Source: a virus (Duplodnaviria; Caudoviricetes). Taken from it: a DNA stretch of 64,000 nt. This document shows, one piece after another, positions 57,214 through 64,000 of the stretch (positions are counted from its first letter, which is position 1; each line of letters opens with the position of its first letter). A program made the translations under genes and the position numbers. The notes under the pieces were generated by a model that was not told where the DNA came from, made no database searches, and was given only the letters and a program-made list of their open reading frames with translations. The DNA lies in the IMG/VR virus record IMGVR_UViG_3300025012_000029, positions 32,001 through 96,000 of that record. One strand, written 5' to 3'.

Positions 57214-58080
57214 TTACGGAGCAGAACCAGTAATATCTCCAGCCTCCATATTTTGCGCAGAACCAGAATTATTGTTTGTTGAATAATCAAAAAACGTTGG
57301 AAACGCATCAACACCGTCTCCCATTCTCCACCATCCAACTAAGTTTGAAGCAGCGGCAACAGACAATAGATTATTCGGCGCTCCCGAATTATATATTTCT
57401 GATCTATCAGATGATGTTAATTCTTTGTTCCAAATCGCCAATTCATCCATATATCCTTTATATAGTTGAGCGGCTTCGGCGTTCTGCGCTATTCGAGTTC
57501 GAACGGTTCCAACGGGAATAGTTGTTGTCGTACCAAGATTATTTAATGTGTAATCCGTCGATAATAATACATTATTACGATAAATTTTCATATTACCTGC
57601 CGCCGCTGTTCCATCAAACGTTGCAAAAACATGTTGCCATGAACCAGTAGTCATCACAGCAACAGAACGCGCAGTTATTTCTTTTGTAGCTGGAATGGCA
57701 AATAATCTAAATCTTAATTGCCCATTAACGTCTAATCCCAAAGACCATCCTACATTGGAATTATGGCGTGACACTATGTTATCTGAAGATTGGAACCCAG
57801 TCGGCTTAAGCCAAACCGAAATACTGAACGGTTGGTTGTAATCAAATGCAAGTTCATTGGCGGACCCACATTCTAAATATTCGTTCACACCATCAAACAA
57901 AAGAGAATAAGTGTTAGAATATGCTGTCACAACAACTTCGGGAGGCAAAGCTATTCTAGTAAGTTGCCCTAGATTATTCGTAATATAATTTTTACCTAAA
58001 TTATCTCTTCTGTTGGCTCGGAAATAACCATCTTGTCTATATCTCAACGTTGTCATTATTGAGCTATCCTGTGAACCCAT
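57214..58080 (-). CDS. LamG/concanavalin A-like virion protein
   Basis: SLLFDG, FSISVW, WQHVFATFDG, MDELAIW, LVGWWRMGD. Confidence 0.85.
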   Translation of the reverse strand: MGSQDSSIMTTLRYRQDGYFRANRRDNLGKNYITNNLGQLTRIALPPEVVVTAYSNTYSLLFDGVNEYLECGSANELAFDYNQPFSISVWLKPTGFQSSDNIVSRHNSNVGWSLGLDVNGQLRFRLFAIPATKEITARSVAVMTTGSWQHVFATFDGTAAAGNMKIYRNNVLLSTDYTLNNLGTTTTIPVGTVRTRIAQNAEAAQLYKGYMDELAIWNKELTSSDRSEIYNSGAPNNLLSVAAASNLVGWWRMGDGVDAFPTFFDYSTNNNSGSAQNMEAGDITGSAP

Positions 58081-58412
58081 CCTGTAATGTTTACGATACT
58101 TCCCGTTGTCGCATGAGCGCGAACAACCGCAGAATTATTTAATACCGCGCCAGGTAAAACCAACGACAATCCTTGCGTACCAGTTAAGGCAAGCTTAATG
58201 TTGTCGTCCGGACTTGTTGTTCCGCCATATTGAATTGTAAGAATTGAATTAGAACCAGTCGTAGCGCAAGCAGCATACAGCCAAATTTCATCAAAGTTAG
58301 TTGTCCCGGCAACAGATGTATGGATTGCGGTTCCCGGAGAGCCCGTCGCTGCCACAAGTATTGGGCGCCCATTTGTGCTTCCCGAAAGTAGTTGTTTTGT
58401 AAACGTTGCCAT
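58056..58412 (-). CDS. small virion protein
   Basis: AGGAGA SD; LSGSTNGRPILV...DEIWLYA. Confidence 0.65.
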   Translation of the reverse strand: MATFTKQLLSGSTNGRPILVAATGSPGTAIHTSVAGTTNFDEIWLYAACATTGSNSILTIQYGGTTSPDDNIKLALTGTQGLSLVLPGAVLNNSAVVRAHATTGSIVNITGWVHRIAQ

Positions 58413-58427
58413 TATAAATCTCCTTGA

Positions 58428-58826
58428 TTAAGAAAAAGTCCTGACTGCGATGATAAAATCTTCTTTATTCACTTGTCCAGTGGCATCCCCAATCGTTCCA
58501 CCGTATTCATATATAAATGTTATTTTATCCCCTGAACTAAGCGAAAATGGTGTATTCAGCCATGTAGCGGCAGAACCTGTTACTGTATAATCTGTTGTTA
58601 GATTATACAGAACTCCATTAACATTCATTCTAACATCTGTATTGTCTTGTGGAGTTTGGGTAAGAGTAAATGCTGTTTGTGACGCAGTTGCCGAAAAAAC
58701 ATCAATCTGTTCTGATGGCATTGAGAGAGTTTGCGGTTCCCACATTGCTGAAGAGGAATTATATGTAACAATTTCGTTATGAGTCGCACCATCTTGATGT
58801 AGTTGTTTTAATTTAAGCAAACTCAT
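58428..58826 (-). CDS. small virion protein with VNG module
   Basis: FTLTQTP...VNGVLY...DYTVTGS module also seen in two fibre genes. Confidence 0.65.
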   Translation of the reverse strand: MSLLKLKQLHQDGATHNEIVTYNSSSAMWEPQTLSMPSEQIDVFSATASQTAFTLTQTPQDNTDVRMNVNGVLYNLTTDYTVTGSAATWLNTPFSLSSGDKITFIYEYGGTIGDATGQVNKEDFIIAVRTFS

Positions 58827-58877
58827 ATATTGTCCTCTCTATTAAAAAATAAAAAATTTTACATTTAATACTCTCTT

Positions 58878-58885
58878 TAATTAGT
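58878..58885 (-). promoter_or_regulatory. putative late promoter ACTAATTA
   Basis: At the boundary between repair genes and structural genes. Confidence 0.5.
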
Positions 58886-58912
58886 TATGATATTTCAATT
58901 TGTCAACTCTAA

Positions 58913-61519
58913 TCAAAAAACAACACTAGCAAATCCATCTTTGTTGTCAATAGAAATAATAGAATCTACAGAATCCTTTAATACATCCAAATGAGATATG
59001 AGAATAACACATTTGAATTGAGATTTAATTACATCAAGCATACGAATAAATCCAGCCATATTGTCTTCATCTAGTGAAGTTCCTGGTTCGTCGAGAATGA
59101 ATATATCAGACTTTGGAAGCGACGATATATTGATGAATGCTAATCGAATTGCCATTGAAGCAATACATTTTTGAGCACCTGAACCCATTTCGATCGGAAG
59201 CGGCTCATTATCGTTAGGTTTTTTCATGTAGATTTCTAATCTATTATCTTCATTTTCAAAATAAACTTGAAACTCCACTATGTTTGAAAGAATTTTGGAT
59301 ATTTCATCATTAATGTTTGGCAAACTCTTCTTGATGATGTCATAAGAAATACCGCTAGGGTGCATACATTTCATAAACAAATCATATGCTTCATAATCGC
59401 TGCGCATCTTATTTAATTCTTCTTTTTCTTGAGATAATTTCTCTATTTTTTGTTCAATGAATCCGGCATTTTTATACATGTCCTTCAATTTGTTTTCACA
59501 TGATACAAAATTAGACTTATAATCCTTTAAATCTTTTTCTTTGCTTTTTCTTTCGTTTAACAAGCTTTCTATTTTATCTATCTTTTCTTTATTTTCTTTA
59601 TACTTTTGTTCTCTAGCTAAAAGATTGAAAATTTCCATTTCAACTACTTTTAAAAGCTGCAACTTAATTTCAACTTGCGGCTTTAAATTTTTTATCTCGC
59701 GAACAAACATTATCTTTTTTTCAAGAAGTAGATTATATTTTGAAATTTGTTCCTCTACTTTGGCAGTATCTAATTTCTTAATTTTATCTTGAACATCATT
59801 TTTTTCTTGCTGCTTTTTTTCAATAAGAATTTTAATAATATTAATTTGTTCTTTAGCTTCGTATGCGCCACGAATGAATTTACAATGTGAATACTCAGAA
59901 CCACATGGAACCTCTTTCAAAATAGAAACCTTTTTCAAATCATGGTCCATATCTTTTTGACTATTATCAATTTCTTTTAAAAGCAACTCTAATGCGCTTT
60001 CATGATTTGAAATTATTTCTTGTTTATCTTTCAAAGATTGAATATCAAAATTTTCAATAAATTCATCAACTCTTTTGAGTTTAGATTCACTTTCAACAAT
60101 TTTATTCTCTATCTCTAAAATTGAGTTTTTAATATTTTGAGATTCATCGTTTTTCTTTTTTAGAGAACTACGGACTACATCGATGTCAATTAGTTCATCC
60201 GGAGAAGACTCAATAATTTGAGTCAAAACAATAATTTCTTTATCAAAAATAGAAATCTTATTTCCTAAATCAGAACAAGCAATTTCACATTCGGCAATTG
60301 AATTTTTGTTTTGAACTAATTGAATTTCTGCTTGAGAAATTTCATTATCAAAATTCTTTCCCTCCAATTTCTTAATTACGGATTTAATATCAGCAGATTC
60401 TTTATTAGCTAATTCAAACTTTTCCGAAAAGAAATCTACATCAAGAAATTTAGCAAGAATTTCTTTTCTTTCTGTTGAACCTTTATCAATATAAGTTAGC
60501 GCACCAAGTTGTGAAGACATTGATGTCAGCAAGAAATCATCAAATGAACCAAAATATTTAGTTATATTCTTATCGGTTTCAATTCTATCAATGCCGTTGA
60601 GAGATTCAATTTCTCCTGTCTTCATATCCTCAACTGAAAAATCGAGATATGTTTTAGCTTCAATTGTTTCCGAGCCATGAAGTTTTTTCACATATTTTTC
60701 TGAATCTCTTTTAATAAGGAATTTCTTATTTCCAGAACGCAACGTTGCCCTTCCTGATCCAGCATTACAATCTTTATTGATTATTTTTGTCTTCTTGCGA
60801 GAGTTCTTTGTAATAGAATTAAATAAAGTATAGAGAAAACTATCTACAATGCTTGATTTTCCAGAAAAATTCTTTCCAAACACTCCTATAGTTCCACTCA
60901 AATGATTAAAATCAATCTTATTACCAGAACCATAATTAAATAAATTATCCCACTCAAAATTCAAAACTTGATAATCAACATTTCTAATCGACGATTGTTT
61001 GGATTCTGCTAACAAATTTAACTTCTTGTTAATATCAAATAATTTTTCATAAAGACATTCATCAATATGATAATCTTTGAGATATTCTCTAATCAATTTT
61101 TCTTGGACGTTGACATTTCTTAAATCTTCTTTTTTTAATATTCCATCAATAGAAACAAAAGAATTTTTGTTATCTGCTTTATTTAAAAATGTAACACTAT
61201 CTGGGTTGAACTTTGTCTTTACTACATCAATAGATTTACGAATCGTATCAATGGGTAAATTAGTTTCAGAAATAACACGTAAACGAGCGCCAATAGGAAT
61301 GTCAATATTGGGATTTAAAGAACCGTCTGGTTCCAACACTATTGAAATAAATGGATTAGGATTTGGAATAGAAATGTGTTTAACTGTAAATGTTGTTTTA
61401 TCTTGAATGTCCCAAATTAAGAAACCTTTACTATTTTCCTCACCATGGTTCTGCTGAATTAATGAACCGGACCAGCGCACTTCGGGTGTTTTACGAAATA
61501 TCTTTATTTTTTTACTCAT
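58913..61519 (-). CDS. C-terminal Mre11/SbcD fragment fused to Rad50/SbcC ATPase
   Basis: Begins WSGSLIQQNHGE...GFLIWD; GKNFSGKS Walker A, CPxC-like hook CGSEYSHC, GSGAQ signature, ILDEP, SH. Confidence 0.9.
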   Translation of the reverse strand: MSKKIKIFRKTPEVRWSGSLIQQNHGEENSKGFLIWDIQDKTTFTVKHISIPNPNPFISIVLEPDGSLNPNIDIPIGARLRVISETNLPIDTIRKSIDVVKTKFNPDSVTFLNKADNKNSFVSIDGILKKEDLRNVNVQEKLIREYLKDYHIDECLYEKLFDINKKLNLLAESKQSSIRNVDYQVLNFEWDNLFNYGSGNKIDFNHLSGTIGVFGKNFSGKSSIVDSFLYTLFNSITKNSRKKTKIINKDCNAGSGRATLRSGNKKFLIKRDSEKYVKKLHGSETIEAKTYLDFSVEDMKTGEIESLNGIDRIETDKNITKYFGSFDDFLLTSMSSQLGALTYIDKGSTERKEILAKFLDVDFFSEKFELANKESADIKSVIKKLEGKNFDNEISQAEIQLVQNKNSIAECEIACSDLGNKISIFDKEIIVLTQIIESSPDELIDIDVVRSSLKKKNDESQNIKNSILEIENKIVESESKLKRVDEFIENFDIQSLKDKQEIISNHESALELLLKEIDNSQKDMDHDLKKVSILKEVPCGSEYSHCKFIRGAYEAKEQINIIKILIEKKQQEKNDVQDKIKKLDTAKVEEQISKYNLLLEKKIMFVREIKNLKPQVEIKLQLLKVVEMEIFNLLAREQKYKENKEKIDKIESLLNERKSKEKDLKDYKSNFVSCENKLKDMYKNAGFIEQKIEKLSQEKEELNKMRSDYEAYDLFMKCMHPSGISYDIIKKSLPNINDEISKILSNIVEFQVYFENEDNRLEIYMKKPNDNEPLPIEMGSGAQKCIASMAIRLAFINISSLPKSDIFILDEPGTSLDEDNMAGFIRMLDVIKSQFKCVILISHLDVLKDSVDSIISIDNKDGFASVVF

Positions 61520-62486
61520 ATTTTTTTATACATTCTAAAAATGATTGTTCAAAATCATTTTTTAATATTTCAGTTTCCCAAAATCTTAATAAGATAAATC
61601 CACCCTTTTGTGCTAAATTATTTTTAAAAACATCATTTTCAGCATTTTTACGTTGAATATCGTTTAATATAAAGAATATATCAGGATTGGCATGCCAATA
61701 ATCTCCATCACATTCTAATAGAATTTTTTTATTAATGAAAAAATCATAAACCTTAAATTTATGACTATCATAATAAACTCTAAATGACTTTGAATAAACA
61801 ACATTATTCTTAATAAGAATATTTTCCAAAATATTTTCAATTTTAGTTGATTTTGTTCTAAACAACTCTTTTTGTCCTATTTCCCAAGAATAATTCCCAT
61901 ATCGTTCTAAACAGGTTATCTCGCATTTTTCTCTTATTTCTTCATTTTGCCAATTATGTTCAACTCCATATCTCCTAAATAAAGTTTGTTTTCTTTTTTG
62001 AATTGAAGCAGGATCCCAACCTGGTGAGTATTCATTATTTTCCTTATATTTTTGTATTCCTTTTTTAATTTTTTCTACATATTCGGCATCTTTCCACGCT
62101 TCTTTCATTATTATAGAATGCCAATCTCTTTCTTCTTTTGGAGCTTTTCTTCCATAAACAGGACTTCCTTTTCCAGAATATAATATTTTTTGATGCTCAT
62201 CCTTACATTTTCTTGAACAATATCTATTCTTTTTTGTTTTTCTTATTCTAAAAATATAACCACATAAAATACACTTCCTATTTTCTCTTTCTATTTTCTC
62301 AATTCCTCTAATATTTTCATGTTGACATTTTTCGCTACAAAAAACTTCATTTTTGGTTTTTATTCCACATATTTTACAAATATTTTTTGGCTCTTTTATA
62401 TAACCAATATTTCTACATTTCAACGAACAATAAGTTTTGTAATTCGTGTCTACTCCGCATATACGACATTTTATCATTTCATTCAC
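61512..62486 (-). CDS. free-standing Vsr-like homing endonuclease with Zn-finger repeats
   Basis: Three CxxC...[YF]CSxxC units, RYGVEH repeat, YDFFINKKILLECDGDYWH. Confidence 0.85.
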   Translation of the reverse strand: MNEMIKCRICGVDTNYKTYCSLKCRNIGYIKEPKNICKICGIKTKNEVFCSEKCQHENIRGIEKIERENRKCILCGYIFRIRKTKKNRYCSRKCKDEHQKILYSGKGSPVYGRKAPKEERDWHSIIMKEAWKDAEYVEKIKKGIQKYKENNEYSPGWDPASIQKRKQTLFRRYGVEHNWQNEEIREKCEITCLERYGNYSWEIGQKELFRTKSTKIENILENILIKNNVVYSKSFRVYYDSHKFKVYDFFINKKILLECDGDYWHANPDIFFILNDIQRKNAENDVFKNNLAQKGGFILLRFWETEILKNDFEQSFLECIKKYE

Positions 62487-62522
62487 CTTATTTTTCTCGC
62501 AAAACTATGGAGAACTATAAGA

Positions 62523-62530
62523 TAAATAGT
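62523..62530 (-). promoter_or_regulatory. putative late promoter ACTATTTA in front of the endonuclease
   Basis: Directly after the triple stop TAA TAA TGA of the Mre11 N fragment. Confidence 0.5.
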
Positions 62531-62535
62531 CATTA

Positions 62536-63189
62536 TTACACAATTTCCCATCCATTTTTCAAATATATTTCAATTTCTTTTTCATCTATTTCTATTTCTT
62601 CATAGTTTTGTTCTGATATTTGTTGATTCGACTTGTGGATGTCGCCCAACATCACATAGTCCATCTTTTTGAATATAGAAACATCATCATCGGCATTTTC
62701 CATAGTCCAACCAATATCTGTCTCACAACCACTAATTGAACCATGATAAAGAGCAATATTAATATTGTTTTCATTTGTAGGATCTATCCAATTATCTCTA
62801 TCAAAAACATTCATTACGTTTAATGTAGTGTTGTCATTAAAAGGATATTCGCCAGATTTTAAGAACAGCTCTAAATTTGGATGATTAATTGCGTTAACAA
62901 CTGGAGAAACAGCATCTAATCTATTATTATTTTTATATACTTTGTCGTGATTTCCAAGAATCAATTTAGTGGGAGCAATATTAGCCAAATTTCTGAGAAA
63001 ATCTGATGCCATTTGGACATACTCTGGTGAGATATTACACTTAGTGTGAGCCAAATCCCCACAAAATACTATCAAATCTGGTTTTTCATCTCTTAAGATA
63101 GAATACAATTTTTCAAATATATAAATGTATTCTTCGTGACGAATTGTATTTCGCAGATGCAAATCACTCAAATGGATAATTTTAACCAT
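62536..63189 (-). CDS. Mre11/SbcD nuclease N fragment
   Basis: SDLH, GDLAH, GNHD, YHG, LGDIH motifs; lacks the following GS-QQ-GE strand. Confidence 0.9.
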   Translation of the reverse strand: MVKIIHLSDLHLRNTIRHEEYIYIFEKLYSILRDEKPDLIVFCGDLAHTKCNISPEYVQMASDFLRNLANIAPTKLILGNHDKVYKNNNRLDAVSPVVNAINHPNLELFLKSGEYPFNDNTTLNVMNVFDRDNWIDPTNENNINIALYHGSISGCETDIGWTMENADDDVSIFKKMDYVMLGDIHKSNQQISEQNYEEIEIDEKEIEIYLKNGWEIV

Positions 63190-63533
63190 TACTTTTTTCT
63201 TTCTAAAGTTCGTCTTTCTCGCAATTCCCTATCTGCTCCACATTTTTTACAACAATCAAATTTATCTGAACAGGAATCACACAACGTTGGCACCGAACGA
63301 CCATATCCTTTATGTAATTCTCCACACCCCCGGCAAGTCCACTCAAATTTACTATCCACTCCCATTCCTGTGCCCCAAATATAATAACAAGCTAAACATT
63401 TGCGAACTTTAATTCTATCGTCCTTCTTTGGATCAAGTTTATAATTTTCTAATGCTTTTATTCTTCTTTCAACATCTTCTTGAGCAACGGAAGTTTGAAA
63501 TCGAAGTTGATACAAATCAAATTTTTTTGTCAT
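63189..63533 (-). CDS. small Zn-finger protein
   Basis: Four CxxC pairs in 114 aa. Confidence 0.6.
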   Translation of the reverse strand: MTKKFDLYQLRFQTSVAQEDVERRIKALENYKLDPKKDDRIKVRKCLACYYIWGTGMGVDSKFEWTCRGCGELHKGYGRSVPTLCDSCSDKFDCCKKCGADRELRERRTLERKK

Positions 63534-63539
63534 ATAAAC

Positions 63540-64000
63540 CTACTCACTTAGTGAATTAATGAGATACTCTAAATCATTATCACTATTAATCTTTAAGGCA
63601 TTTTTCTTTCTTTCGTTGAATTCTTCTTTAAGCATGCTGCCAACGTCCTTAAATAACTTAACATTTATTTTCCAAACTTCTACACCATATGATGCCAAAA
63701 GTAGCATTATTTGTTTTTCTTTTTCTTTGGCATCTGGATCTAAAGCTACAAAAACTTTTGGACAATTAGACACAATTTTCTGAAAAACATATGAATCTTC
63801 GCGCAAAGTTGAACCCAATAAAGGAATTGCGTTTCTTGCCACAATGGCATCAAAGACGCCCTCTACTATTGTAATTGGAGCATCCCAACTTATAAATAAT
63901 TCATTAAAAATAATATCTTTACTCGAAGGCGGATTCAAATATGGAACTTGATGTTCGAGATATGTTCTAGCGACAAAATAATTCACATTTCCATTCATAT
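63540..64000 (-). CDS. DNA primase, C-terminal TOPRIM part (partial)
   Basis: VEGVFDA, LLGS, ALDPD, KDVG motifs. Confidence 0.85.
   Translation of the reverse strand, partial: MNGNVNYFVARTYLEHQVPYLNPPSSKDIIFNELFISWDAPITIVEGVFDAIVARNAIPLLGSTLREDSYVFQKIVSNCPKVFVALDPDAKEKEKQIMLLLASYGVEVWKINVKLFKDVGSMLKEEFNERKKNALKINSDNDLEYLINSLSE

Noticed and set aside
61512-62535. Group I intron or ribosomal bypass explaining the Mre11 split
   Set aside because: The endonuclease ORF fills almost the whole insert, leaving no room for a ribozyme core; there is a triple stop; and about 1 kb is far beyond the known 50-nt gene 60 hop.
1-64000. Stop-codon reassignment (code 15 or 4), as in some large phages
   Set aside because: Standard-code ORFs tile the window densely, and TAA, TAG and TGA all end well-defined genes.
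1-64000. tRNA, rRNA, CRISPR array, integrase
   Set aside because: None seen; intergenic gaps are short and lack cloverleaf or repeat-spacer patterns. A tRNAscan/Infernal run would be needed to exclude small ncRNAs.

Overview
This is a 64-kb slice of a large, AT-rich, T4-like contractile-tailed phage genome in the standard genetic code, with essentially all genes on the minus strand. In transcription order (right to left) it carries: DNA primase (partial), a fractured Mre11/SbcD-Rad50/SbcC gene, virion/LamG genes, a holin/spanin-like cassette, GIY-YIG endonuclease, terminase, portal (2 inteins), prohead protease, a bS21 ribosomal-protein homolog, repeat-rich fibre genes, scaffold, major capsid, neck genes, sheath, tube, tail assembly chaperone, tape measure, baseplate genes, a compact PolA, a tubulin-like protein, SSB, RecA, a 5' nuclease, a fractured DnaB/gp41 helicase with a split intein, and a class II ribonucleotide reductase (2 inteins). 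The most notable observations are: (i) Mre11-Rad50 is split by a Vsr-like endonuclease with no intein or intron, and each fragment carries part of an apparent small beta-alpha-beta-beta module that could act as a reassembly clasp; (ii) GIY-YIG genes reduced to 14-31 codon scars that keep their start/stop overlaps; (iii) two candidate packaged effectors (GNAT-like, ART-like) sharing an N-terminal FENFRxYL peptide; (iv) a probable +1/-2 frameshift in the tail chaperone; (v) an unannotated 24-aa Cys-rich peptide; (vi) an ACTAnTTA late-promoter-like motif. All assignments come from reading motifs by eye; no searches were run.
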